From: an uncultured virus (IMG/VR IMGVR_UViG_3300037200_000074)
Taxonomy: Duplodnaviria; Heunggongvirae; Uroviricota; Caudoviricetes
Virus record (IMG/VR): IMGVR_UViG_3300037200_000074
Length of the DNA: 20,000 bases
Reading direction: 5' to 3' (one strand)
A program made the position numbers and the translations under genes. The notes under the pieces are model-generated. The model did no database searches. It was not told the origin of the DNA and saw only the letters and a list, made by a program, of their open reading frames with translations. The first letter of the stretch is position 1. Each line of letters opens with the position of its first letter. Below, one piece after another: positions 8,823 through 18,003 of the stretch.

Positions 8823-9592
8823 ACGAATAGGCTCTCGGCGATAAGTTGATATCCTTGGAGACCGACTGTGAATGAAGTTACGTTCTGAATTTGGTATCTA
8901 TTACCATTCTGGTCGGATATAATATATCCAGGTTCGAGGTACAGCCCGTTGAGGATAGGAACGTAAATGAACAGTTCAGAACGATGAGTAGTAGTAGGTT
9001 GCTTGATCTCGGGAGTAGGACCGAGTCGTTTGTATGGTTGGATGCCTAGTGGAACAACAGCAGGACTAAAATCAGCATCATCAGGATCGCCAATATAGTA
9101 ATAGCCATCTCTAAGTATGATGGCCCGTTCATTTTGCTTACCCGCTCCCTGATACTTAACATACCCTAGCAGCTGCTCCGAGTCGCCACTACCCCATGAG
9201 ACTGACAAGCTAGCCTGTATCTCAGTGCGCACAAACACATTGTACGATAATGGACGTAAGTCAGCTACAGTGAACATTTCATAGTCATTGCGGTAAGGGT
9301 GGATGCGACAAGCAACGTCACCTACTTTGAGGACGCCTGCATCACACATGCCCGCAAAGATCATGTCATAGATGTTGGTGTTCTCTTCAGCAATAGCAGC
9401 ATTACTACGCATCATGCGAATACGAAGATCAGAGTATATCTTGTTTTCAGTATTGATTATAGACCCAGATGACGGTGTGCGACCATCGCTGCCATCAGAT
9501 AGTCGGTATATATCGTAAGGCTCTCCAATGATATCAGCAGCTACGCCTCTACCGTATTGAACAATAGAGTCTAATTCTTCAAAATCTATCAT
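8819..9592 (-). CDS. Putative head closure / neck protein
   Basis: Follows the adaptor; 'IGEPYDIYR', 'LKVGDV' and 'PGYIISDQNGNRYQI..V' beta-barrel patterns. Confidence 0.55.
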   Translation of the reverse strand: MIDFEELDSIVQYGRGVAADIIGEPYDIYRLSDGSDGRTPSSGSIINTENKIYSDLRIRMMRSNAAIAEENTNIYDMIFAGMCDAGVLKVGDVACRIHPYRNDYEMFTVADLRPLSYNVFVRTEIQASLSVSWGSGDSEQLLGYVKYQGAGKQNERAIILRDGYYYIGDPDDADFSPAVVPLGIQPYKRLGPTPEIKQPTTTHRSELFIYVPILNGLYLEPGYIISDQNGNRYQIQNVTSFTVGLQGYQLIAESLFV

Positions 9593-10398
9593 ACACGCAC
9601 TCGACCGCCTGAAGCAGAGCCTAGTCTACCTGAAGGGTCAGGACCAGCGTATAGTGCATTACCTAACATGTTCACGTAGTAACGAAACAGTTGAACACGC
9701 TGGAACAGTTGATCAGGTCTAAATTGTGCACCACCTTGGTCGCCTTTAGCACCTGCTGAAGTAAGAGCTAGTGTAGTGCGTGCGGATAAGATGTCTTTGC
9801 GCAGTTGCAAACAGACGGGGATGTACCCATAGAGAGTCTTGATAGTACCATCACTTTGCTTAAGGTCAAGAGATGGTTCCGGGTAAGTATTTCCCGGATT
9901 AGTGACGTTAAGTGCGATCCCATTGTTATCACTTACCGATACTGTCAAAGTAAAAGCAGTTGCGCGTGTGATTAATAGCTGACCGAACACTGGTGAAGTA
10001 GTTAAAGGCTGTCCTGCATCCGGAGGTTGAAAGTTAACTCTTCCCGCGACACAACCATTACCCGAGTTGTTGATAGCGTTCACTAATCCTGCCATTACAG
10101 CGCCACGTGGATCAGTAGCCAGGAGGTCAGACATCTGAGTAGTGTACAATATTTGTTGGCCGTCGATGCCTACAGTTAGTACTTGACTCAGTTCAGGTGT
10201 GCCTGTAGCAACTATGAGACCGATAGGCCGACCAGTAATGATCGACTCTTCTTCAATCCCTAAATTGTTCATATAAAATTCAAGCTGACCGACACGTGAC
10301 AAGTATCGATAGCCAGCGACATGACCGCCCGTCGGTACACCAGACATTGGTACCGTCAGTAAATCTCTGATGTACGCTTTTTCGATGAGTGTCAGCAT
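9589..10398 (-). CDS. Putative head-tail adaptor with an inserted beta-domain
   Basis: Starts 'MLTLIEKAYIRDLL'; helical C-terminus 'RVQLFRYYVNMLGNAL..GP' ending '..RVRV'; position after the capsid genes. Confidence 0.6.
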   Translation of the reverse strand: MLTLIEKAYIRDLLTVPMSGVPTGGHVAGYRYLSRVGQLEFYMNNLGIEEESIITGRPIGLIVATGTPELSQVLTVGIDGQQILYTTQMSDLLATDPRGAVMAGLVNAINNSGNGCVAGRVNFQPPDAGQPLTTSPVFGQLLITRATAFTLTVSVSDNNGIALNVTNPGNTYPEPSLDLKQSDGTIKTLYGYIPVCLQLRKDILSARTTLALTSAGAKGDQGGAQFRPDQLFQRVQLFRYYVNMLGNALYAGPDPSGRLGSASGGRVRV

Positions 10399-10417
10399 GA
10401 CATATCCTTACCGACGA

Positions 10418-10452
10418 CATAGCCACCTGGGAGAAGCGGCCAGGTGGCTATG
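10418..10452. terminator. 13-bp perfect stem-loop (possible terminator or RNA-processing hairpin)
   Basis: CATAGCCACCTGG-N9-CCAGGTGGCTATG in an intergenic region; no strong U-tract. Confidence 0.55.
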
Positions 10453-10489
10453 AACGTTATGGCTCCGCGCCTATGCTTCACCACAGTGT

Positions 10490-10747
10490 TTAGGCAGTAG
10501 CCGCAATCTTGACGCCTGCGTCACGAAGTATCGTGACTTCAATAGGGTCCGTCAGCTTCTGACCTACAGTGTATCGGCAATATGATCCATTGACCGCAGC
10601 TCCCGTGGTTTCGAGTACCGTCCATTCCTTAGGCTTTTTGATAGGCTTCATCGGCACAGTGACTTCGATTGGATTGAGGACTTGCTGTTGCATGTCGCGC
10701 AGTGCAACCGCTACTGCCATCCTCTGAACTGCTGGGTACTTAATCAT
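10490..10747 (-). CDS. Small hypothetical capsid-region protein
   Basis: 85 aa; ATGA coupling with the upstream gene. Confidence 0.7.
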   Translation of the reverse strand: MIKYPAVQRMAVAVALRDMQQQVLNPIEVTVPMKPIKKPKEWTVLETTGAAVNGSYCRYTVGQKLTDPIEVTILRDAGVKIAATA

Positions 10748-11319
10748 TCTGCGAGCCCCTGTGAAATCATGTCCTGAGCCGTAGCATTGTCAACTAGAAT
10801 GCGTTGATTTTTGTAGGCTCGAAACACTCCGGTAGGTCCTGCATAGCCGAATGATTTGAGAGCGGTCACTTCAGTAGATGAGGTAGACACGTTCTCGGGA
10901 TAGTGAACCGGAAGGATATCCAGTAAACTGCCGGGGTAGGTTTTAACCGCAATTGTAGCGAGGGTGATGTCCACGCCACCGTTCAGCACTGCTGTTGCCT
11001 TCGCGCCTGTGGCTGACGCACTTGCAAAGTCCGTAGCCCAAGGGTTGCTGCCTGCGGTAATGGCTGCTTGAATAGCAGCTGCAATGTTTGTTGCTACTGT
11101 GCTAAGGCTGTCGGTACCCCCGACGCTAACACTCAACGTGTCCGGTTGGACAGAAGTTGCGTCAGTACCCACCGTAAGCTGAATGACTTCATTCGGAGTA
11201 GGTTGACCTTGAACAGTAATTGGAATGATGGTCGAACCGGCTTGCACATCGGGTTGCACACCCTGAAAGGATTTAAATGCAGGTGAGCCGGGAACTGGAC
11301 CGCCGCGAATAGAGCCCAT
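10744..11319 (-). CDS. Putative head decoration / structural protein
   Basis: Directly after the MCP; AGGGAG SD; Ala/Thr-rich; ITVQGQPTPNEVIQLTV...VATNIAAAI module. Confidence 0.6.
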   Translation of the reverse strand: MGSIRGGPVPGSPAFKSFQGVQPDVQAGSTIIPITVQGQPTPNEVIQLTVGTDATSVQPDTLSVSVGGTDSLSTVATNIAAAIQAAITAGSNPWATDFASASATGAKATAVLNGGVDITLATIAVKTYPGSLLDILPVHYPENVSTSSTEVTALKSFGYAGPTGVFRAYKNQRILVDNATAQDMISQGLAE

Positions 11320-11340
11320 GAAATTCTCCCTAGTTGTGAA

Positions 11341-11366
11341 GGAGGGCCGGAGTTACCCGACCCTCC
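11341..11366 (-). terminator. GC-rich hairpin after the MCP stop
   Basis: mRNA GGAGGGUCGG-GUAACU-CCGGCCCUCC; only a short U-run follows. Confidence 0.55.
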
Positions 11367-11372
11367 TCAGCA

Positions 11373-12818
11373 TTAGACCTGCGAACCAACTTCGAATACT
11401 GCTGCGCGTTTGTAGCGAGCAGGCGTAGCGGAGGGAATCACTGCCGGAGTGATGGTCGCGTCGGTTGGCACCGTGAAGCCACCGATGTAAAACCAGCCCT
11501 GAGACATGATCTGACCCATGCGGTCGATTGGGAGACGGTGCACCATGGCGATGTCTTTCACCATCCGGATATCCGAGATACCTCGACCTGTGAGTTCAGC
11601 CGCAACAGTCGCCACACCTGCAAACGGCGCTTCCTGCACAAACCTGTCAGCGCATACTACTGCACGCCGAGCGAACAACGTCTTGCCGGCAGTGTTAGTG
11701 AAGGTAAAGATCGGCATGTTTGTCGTAGGTACGAACGTCATACCGAAGTTCTTGAGTACCCGAGCGTTAGCATACGACGAAGATTTTTCCGCACCTTGGG
11801 TAAGGATTTGGAATGCCGGGTCGGAGAACATCTGCGCGTCGAGAATGGGATCGATGAAGCACGGGAACGTACCATCCGGGAGCGGCGGGCGCACCTGGTT
11901 GAGACGGAAGCCTGCTACGATGTTGATAAACGTCTGCAACGTCGTGGTAGACGCAGCTGAGAGTTCAACACGCGACCGTGCAGTACCTGGACGGTAGTAT
12001 GCCGGAGCGTCAGCAGCATAGATGATGTCGTTTGCAGCTGCGGTGATGCCAGTGCCCTGAATGGTCAGAGTGCCCGAGAAACCGACCTGGAACAACGGCG
12101 CTGCCATAGTCGAGGTGTTGCTACCATCCGGCACCGCTGCCAAGATGGTGATGGCCGTCTTCGCGCCGGTAGTCGCATTGACGTAATACGCCGGGAGCGG
12201 GTAGACCGACGAGGTAGCTTGCGGTAGACCGTAAGGGAATTGATATCCCTGAATGGTCGCCGTAGCGAACGCAGTGTCGAAGCCGTAGATGTTATCCACG
12301 TGAACGGTAGTATTAGCGCCAGAGGTAGCCGAAGCTGCCGTAGCGTAGGTACGCCCGCCTTCATACGCACGAAGAAGAACGTTGATAGCCTTGAGGTCGA
12401 GTGACAGACCTGCCTGGCGACCGAGGTTCTCGATGTTCTGTTTGAAGCCATCGGCGACAAGCTCGCGCTCTTGATAGAGGTTGAGGTCGAGCGCATACGG
12501 CGTCATACCGATGATGACTTTGTACTGCTCCACACCGTAGGTGGGATTCGCTGCACCGATACCGCCGACGTTGGTCAGGCCGTTGTCGATGTTAACGTTG
12601 GTGGTCGGGTCGATGTCGTCAACGACCGGAACCAGTTCACCAGCACGAGAGTAGATCGTAACTTCACCGGAACGCACTGGCTGCGGTTTGCGATACACAG
12701 CGGTACGAACGACGCAGTTGGGTTCGAGTTGGTCTTGAAACTCCCGGTCCAGCATGTTCTGTTGGAAAGCAGGCTGTAGAACAAGGGGGAAATTTTCATA
12801 CCCCGCGCCAGTTATCAT
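11373..12818 (-). CDS. Major capsid protein (large, probably with an insertion domain)
   Basis: 481 aa after the scaffold; 'FKQNIENLGRQAGLSLD' long helix, 'FIDP', 'PIDRMGQIMSQGW'; GC3-rich codon bias consistent with high expression. Confidence 0.85.
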   Translation of the reverse strand: MITGAGYENFPLVLQPAFQQNMLDREFQDQLEPNCVVRTAVYRKPQPVRSGEVTIYSRAGELVPVVDDIDPTTNVNIDNGLTNVGGIGAANPTYGVEQYKVIIGMTPYALDLNLYQERELVADGFKQNIENLGRQAGLSLDLKAINVLLRAYEGGRTYATAASATSGANTTVHVDNIYGFDTAFATATIQGYQFPYGLPQATSSVYPLPAYYVNATTGAKTAITILAAVPDGSNTSTMAAPLFQVGFSGTLTIQGTGITAAANDIIYAADAPAYYRPGTARSRVELSAASTTTLQTFINIVAGFRLNQVRPPLPDGTFPCFIDPILDAQMFSDPAFQILTQGAEKSSSYANARVLKNFGMTFVPTTNMPIFTFTNTAGKTLFARRAVVCADRFVQEAPFAGVATVAAELTGRGISDIRMVKDIAMVHRLPIDRMGQIMSQGWFYIGGFTVPTDATITPAVIPSATPARYKRAAVFEVGSQV

Positions 12819-13034
12819 AAGGTGGCTCCACTGTTACTTGTAACAGGAGCGCCTCATGAGGCTCTTCCCCAAGTATCGGCTCCTTACTGAATCACGGACC
12901 GTTCCGAGTATCATCAGCAAGTGCAACGTCCTGATCGTTGCTTATGCCGTTATATTCCCTACGTCCTCTTGAGTTCCTTCTGCGTATTTACGAAGTAGGC
13001 TTCCCCTCTTTCAAAGGGAAGCCTATGAATTATA
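12819..13034 (-). promoter_or_regulatory. Structured 216-nt intergenic leader of the MCP gene
   Basis: Inverted repeats at 12831-12846, 12851-12862, 12895-12906, 12923-12941 and 12996-13025; SD GGAG at 12826-12829. Confidence 0.6.
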
Positions 13035-13709
13035 CTACCGCTGTCCGAGCGAAGCCCATGCCGATTTGTGTTGGTCAGCATTCACTGCCGTTCTGTCAGC
13101 GTGATTCTGACCAGAGCTAGGGGCAGTGCTACGACCGGGACCAGAGCCACCCGAACGACCATCACCACCAGTGCCAGTAGCTCCTCCCTTAAAGAGGAAG
13201 GGCATTTCGGTCTTGAGAGCGGTAATTTGTTCTTCATGACCGACTACCTTCCCGTCTTCATACTTAACCTTATCCAGGTCAATTAGCTTATCCAGCTTAT
13301 TGAAGGCTTCGTCAGTGAGTCCTTGTGTCTTGCAGTATTCTTTCAAATCCGTGTGAATAAGGCGCAAGTCGCGCTGGCGCATTTCTTCTTGAAACTTAAG
13401 CTGTGACTTAGTGAGTTCCTTCTCACGGTCCTCCGCTAGCTTCTTCCAGTCGCCAGCTTCCTTAGCGGCCTTTTCTTCAGCTTCATGTTGTTTCTTCTCA
13501 TAGTCCGCAAGCTTAGCAGAGGCTTCGGAATGCTTTGTCCGCTCTGCAGCGGCTTCATTCCGTAGCCTCGTAACATAAGCCTCGTCGTAAGTAGTAGACC
13601 CACCACCGCCCGTACCACCTGTACCCCCACCGCCGCCTGCGCCTGCGCCGCCTTCGCCCTCAAAACTACACAGGCCAAAAAGACTGCGAGCCAAACTGTT
13701 AAGATCCAT
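13035..13709 (-). CDS. Capsid scaffolding protein (GP20-like)
   Basis: Start corrected to ATG 13709 (GGAGGAG SD). Gly-rich N-terminus, 'YVTRLRNEAA..R' coiled coil, 'LKTEMPFLF' motif, G/S-rich tail. Confidence 0.85.
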   Translation of the reverse strand: MDLNSLARSLFGLCSFEGEGGAGAGGGGGTGGTGGGGSTTYDEAYVTRLRNEAAAERTKHSEASAKLADYEKKQHEAEEKAAKEAGDWKKLAEDREKELTKSQLKFQEEMRQRDLRLIHTDLKEYCKTQGLTDEAFNKLDKLIDLDKVKYEDGKVVGHEEQITALKTEMPFLFKGGATGTGGDGRSGGSGPGRSTAPSSGQNHADRTAVNADQHKSAWASLGQR

Positions 13710-13738
13710 GCTTCTCCTCCATGCCTCCATATTCGGGA

Positions 13739-13784
13739 CAAAAAGAAACACACCTCCAGGGTCGATTGCTGGAGGCGTGTTCTT
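13739..13784 (-). terminator. Intrinsic terminator upstream of the scaffold gene
   Basis: mRNA AACACGCCUCCAG-CAAUCGACC-CUGGAGGUGUGUU followed by UCUUUUUGU. Confidence 0.7.
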
Positions 13785-13883
13785 AGAGAAGCCTAGGTTA
13801 CTGTGATCGTGTCATCATCAAAGCCTTGAACAGTGACGAGTGAAATTTTCAGGGTAAGTTTGGCTTCCGCTTCCAACTGTTCG

Positions 13884-14144
13884 TTAGAGCAGTTGGTCAA
13901 CCCTCTTGTTCAACAGATCGAGCTCAGTGAGCGCGAGGTTGTCGAGTGCGACGGAGACTTTGGATTCTGCGCCCGTAATGAGCGGAACTAGGAATGACGG
14001 AACGTCAAGCCTGGGAAGGACGATCGTATTGAATGCAGTGAGTGCCTCACCCGTCAGAGCAGGAAGTTGCTTCTCCACTCCGTTGAATGCGGCGTCTGCC
14101 GCTTGCTTCACTGCATCCAAGATAGGACCGAGGTATGAACTCAT
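13884..14144 (-). CDS. Hypothetical amphipathic protein
   Basis: 86 aa; AGGGAG SD. Confidence 0.7.
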   Translation of the reverse strand: MSSYLGPILDAVKQAADAAFNGVEKQLPALTGEALTAFNTIVLPRLDVPSFLVPLITGAESKVSVALDNLALTELDLLNKRVDQLL

Positions 14145-14187
14145 CTTATCTCCCTGTGACTGGTAGTCTTGATAAGCCCCGCTTCGC

Positions 14188-14796
14188 CTAAGGAGCTACG
14201 AATTCCTTGTTCTCTTCGGTAGGTTCATCACCCGTCGCACTGTTGGATGCAACACCAGGTTGACCAACCGTCTCACCTTGATATAGAGCTGCCCCTGCCT
14301 GCAGGTCTTCATCATGTTGTTCGATCGTCCGCTGTTCCACCGGAGCAGGCGTCAACGTAGACGCGCTGATAGGACCCCGGCGATTGTAGTCATGACCTAC
14401 CGTGACAGGTGCCGGGTTCGCCAGCGTAAGGTCCGGTTGCGTTACCGGGTTGCTGTCCGGATTGCTAGGAATGGCCGCCGGTACTTTGCCGGATTCACGC
14501 AGATGCCGCTGAACGATATTTTGCACATCGTTGAGCATGAGAGCCTCGTCGTTGTTCAACCGCTGGATGAACTCCATACCGAAGCTCGGAGCAATGATCG
14601 ACCGCAGGTCGGTCTTGAGCAGAGTAGCTGCACCCGCTGGCGTCTCTGCAAGCAACGTAAGTGCTGCAGCTACTGCAGCAATTGCAGTAGGGCTGACTTG
14701 GGCTTCACCTGGAACGGTGTACGCCTTGAGTTGATTAATTTCGGAGTCGCTGAGTTCCACCTCAAGCTTATCCAGAGCCTCGAACACTTTGTCCAT
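14188..14796 (-). CDS. Hypothetical protein (helical N-terminus, acidic Pro-rich disordered C-terminus)
   Basis: 202 aa; AGGAG SD. Confidence 0.75.
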   Translation of the reverse strand: MDKVFEALDKLEVELSDSEINQLKAYTVPGEAQVSPTAIAAVAAALTLLAETPAGAATLLKTDLRSIIAPSFGMEFIQRLNNDEALMLNDVQNIVQRHLRESGKVPAAIPSNPDSNPVTQPDLTLANPAPVTVGHDYNRRGPISASTLTPAPVEQRTIEQHDEDLQAGAALYQGETVGQPGVASNSATGDEPTEENKEFVAP

Positions 14797-14863
14797 GTAA
14801 TCTCCTAGAAAGTAGCTAGCTTCTTCCTAGTCTTATTCCCGGTTAGCGTCCGAACAACTCCTA

Positions 14864-16531
14864 CTACGTCCCGGAACCACCTGTAGCATTACCACCAGTC
14901 GCCGCAGGCTTTAGTATCTCTAGTTGCTCTTCACGAAATTGATCAAATTCTTTCTGAGCCTGGTCAGCTATGGACGCGGGGTCGGGGTGCCCAAGGGCTG
15001 CAGCGAGTGCTTCGAACACGTAACGCATCGGCAGCATCTGTTTGCCTTCACGCGAACTACCCCCGGCTGCAAGTAGTAATGCCTGGGCCGTCTGATATAA
15101 ATCAGCGCCTCTGGGCTGCCACCACGATGGCCAGACATTGCGTAAGGGGTAGTCCTCTTCAGGTATATCAGCAGTTGTGACTCCCCAGAGTTGAATAAAG
15201 CCAAGCTGAACTCCCTTCAATATTAATTTGATGAGTGGAATCATCATCCCGTCACCATAGTCTAGTCGCATGCGACCTACAAGCCATACAAGTGCTTGAT
15301 GCAGTAGCTCAAGCGCCCTACCAGACTGTGGGCCACCCGCATGTTCCTGGTCGGATTTCATGCCACCGACTACTTCCATAGACCACTCTCGGATAAGCTT
15401 AGACCATTCCCGCGCTGCAGTCAAACCTTGACCAGCTATCTCCAGCATCTTTGCGTCACCATCCGAAGGAATGGACACAATGCGCGCCGGAGTGCGGTCA
15501 ATGTTAGGAGTACCCTCTGGTGTTTCCAAGCCTACTGCAGGTAGCTGTGTGCGCATACCTCCGCTCTTGATAGCCAGCAGCGGGTCCATGCTATACTTGA
15601 AGCCACGTCCTATTTGAGATACTAGATAATCTAGTTCAATGCAGTTATCGACGATGGCTTCGAAAGTACTCGGACCATCGATTTCTTCTCGCTCATGAAG
15701 ATTCCGACCCCATATCGCTGGGACGACTCCCCATTTATGCGGGTAATTTCTACTCTTGTCCGGCGTCCATTCATAACGACCGTTAGTACCATCGTCTTTC
15801 TTCTTTCCGATATTATTAAAATCTTTACGCCGTAGGGGTATCATCCATTGCTCTTGGTATGCATCGAGCGTATGGTTTACCCAGAACTCGTCATTACCTG
15901 ACGGATCGTCCTTAGGATCATATCCTAATTCAGTACGTGTGTAGCCAAAGTCCAGTAAGTCCTTGAGGCTTGTTTTGTATATTTCGGCAAGTGAGACTAA
16001 CTCATCGGGGTCGTCATGATCGAACACTGGCTGCAAGTCAGCCCCGCGTACTACTCGTACCCAAGGCCGTCCTGACTTGGTGACCTTCACGATAGCGCAG
16101 ACTGAGCCGGACGAACCTTTCTGAACGCACTCAAACATTGTTGCGTCCATCTTTACCACGTAGCGGATGAATTCAATGATTTGAGTAAGCTTCTTAGTCT
16201 TACTGTCGCCAGCCTCATCATCTTCACCCTCCACAGCAGATGCGAAGGGGTCATACACTTTAATGTAAGAAGAGTGGCCTTCTCCGAACGTGAGTGCTGC
16301 GGTCTCATCCACAACTACCTTTGCCATCCGATAACGTGCGGACGGACGCCGCTCGCCTATGGAGACATAGACGCCATTGTCGTCGAATTCTGTCTCAAAT
16401 GGATAGGGTAAGTTATCGTAGATAGTACCATCCCGCACCCGGTCAAGAGCATCGAGTTCTTTCACTCGCTCGGGAATGGGATCAGGCCATTGTTTAAAGA
16501 AGCTCTGCTTGAGAATGCGGAACTCAGACAT
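14864..16531 (-). CDS. Portal protein (SPP1 gp6-like)
   Basis: 555 aa after terL; 'WGVVPAIW..N', 'DAKMLEI' and 'QSGRALELL..AL' motifs. Confidence 0.85.
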   Translation of the reverse strand: MSEFRILKQSFFKQWPDPIPERVKELDALDRVRDGTIYDNLPYPFETEFDDNGVYVSIGERRPSARYRMAKVVVDETAALTFGEGHSSYIKVYDPFASAVEGEDDEAGDSKTKKLTQIIEFIRYVVKMDATMFECVQKGSSGSVCAIVKVTKSGRPWVRVVRGADLQPVFDHDDPDELVSLAEIYKTSLKDLLDFGYTRTELGYDPKDDPSGNDEFWVNHTLDAYQEQWMIPLRRKDFNNIGKKKDDGTNGRYEWTPDKSRNYPHKWGVVPAIWGRNLHEREEIDGPSTFEAIVDNCIELDYLVSQIGRGFKYSMDPLLAIKSGGMRTQLPAVGLETPEGTPNIDRTPARIVSIPSDGDAKMLEIAGQGLTAAREWSKLIREWSMEVVGGMKSDQEHAGGPQSGRALELLHQALVWLVGRMRLDYGDGMMIPLIKLILKGVQLGFIQLWGVTTADIPEEDYPLRNVWPSWWQPRGADLYQTAQALLLAAGGSSREGKQMLPMRYVFEALAAALGHPDPASIADQAQKEFDQFREEQLEILKPAATGGNATGGSGT

Positions 16532-18002
16532 CGCGCGGGTCCCGGAACACTACTTCGTTGTTCGAGTTCATTAGCTCACGTTCCAGCCAGATCATGTATC
16601 CAGCAGCGTCGCTCAAGTGAGTAAGCTCTGGATTTTCTTTATCAATATCGTTTGTCCCTACTTTATATTTTACTGCTTGCCAGTCTTGAACAGTGTAGGG
16701 CGCTTTGGTACCGTCTACAATAAGACCGATACCCTCCGCGTTGAACATCTGAACCTTCGTAGCGTTGATACGATCCATGACTGCTGGGTTAGTGGTAGGA
16801 ACTTTAAAATTGTACTGGATGCCATGAAACTTGAGTGCGCCTAAGATTAGTGCCCAGTTTGAGCGTGCTGCCGATTGGGCAGACATAGTCTGAGAACGCG
16901 CGCCGCCAGAGGCGTCACCATATATAATGACACCCCGTTCTTGAGCCTGTCGCTTGTAGTGCTTAATAAAGTAATCAATGACATCAGGCGTGCCAGCATC
17001 CTTCAAGCGTATCTCGTCCAGCACATAGAGATAAACAGGCTGGAAGCCTGGTACCATCTTTTCGCGGTACGCCTTGAGATTAGCTACCTGTTTGAACAAC
17101 TGAGGTGTACGTTCCATTACCCGGTTTCGGTCCATCTGCCTATGCCACTGCCCAATAACTGAGCACATGAGCCCAACGTTGAAGTCCAGCGCCCAACACA
17201 ATGGCTTAGTGCTGTCGTACCTGAAGGGAGCCAGCAAGCTAGGTAGCGGTTCCGTCCGGTCAATAGTGCAGTGCTTCTCAAGGTCAAAGCCTTTGTACAC
17301 TGTACCTTGAGTAGCGTTACCCCAGTTACCGTCGATAAGGATAGGCCAGAGGTCTGGTGAATATGCTTTCTGAAGAGTATTGATGTACTCTTCCAAGTCG
17401 CGCATGAGATAGTTCTCGCGCGCGGACATGTGAATGACCCTGCAGAACTTATCCCGGACTATGTGCTGATACAACCAGTGAGCCATATCAGTAGGCGGAT
17501 TGGTCGTAAATCTCATCATAGCTTTGTATGCTGGATGCGTGTCACTAAATCTTACACCTTCAGGCGACAAGCGCCGCCGAGGTATGAGAAACTCTTTATA
17601 CGCCTTCTCACCCGAGGGACCCCAAGTAGTTAACTCGTCCGCCCATATCGTGTCAGCTTCAAGTGATCGCCAATTTTCATAGTTCTCGGCGCTGAGAGGT
17701 ATTACCTTAGCGCCGTTACTCCGTAGAGTGATGATACCGTCAGAGAGGTTGTAATAGTGTTGTATACCACGCTCTTTGAGTTCATCTCGTAATGTTACCG
17801 CAGTGCCCTTTTTAAATTGACCCAGGTCCTTGTTAGCGATAGCATGATTACCGCGTGGGTTCTCGTTCATACGATCGATGAACCACTTAGCTGCAATATT
17901 CGTCTTACCGGATGCAAAACCACCTAGAAGCCCAAAGAACAAGTCTTGGGCTTCTAGGAAGTCTGCCTGTTTAGGTAGTATCTCTACGTGGTGAAGAGAC
18001 AT
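16524..18002 (-). CDS. terL: Terminase large subunit
   Basis: Walker A GGFASGKT, Walker B IWADE, coupling motif TTNP, nuclease residues LDFN, DEI and HLSDAAGY. Confidence 0.93.
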   Translation of the reverse strand: MSLHHVEILPKQADFLEAQDLFFGLLGGFASGKTNIAAKWFIDRMNENPRGNHAIANKDLGQFKKGTAVTLRDELKERGIQHYYNLSDGIITLRSNGAKVIPLSAENYENWRSLEADTIWADELTTWGPSGEKAYKEFLIPRRRLSPEGVRFSDTHPAYKAMMRFTTNPPTDMAHWLYQHIVRDKFCRVIHMSARENYLMRDLEEYINTLQKAYSPDLWPILIDGNWGNATQGTVYKGFDLEKHCTIDRTEPLPSLLAPFRYDSTKPLCWALDFNVGLMCSVIGQWHRQMDRNRVMERTPQLFKQVANLKAYREKMVPGFQPVYLYVLDEIRLKDAGTPDVIDYFIKHYKRQAQERGVIIYGDASGGARSQTMSAQSAARSNWALILGALKFHGIQYNFKVPTTNPAVMDRINATKVQMFNAEGIGLIVDGTKAPYTVQDWQAVKYKVGTNDIDKENPELTHLSDAAGYMIWLERELMNSNNEVVFRDPRDV

Positions 18003-18003
18003 C

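Noticed and set aside
12870..12920. CUGAUGA in the MCP leader suggesting a hammerhead ribozyme
   Set aside because: No GAAA core follows a stem II, so the catalytic core is incomplete.
13029..13034. TATAAT right after the scaffold stop as a sigma70 promoter
   Set aside because: No -35 element at proper spacing and no TG extension.
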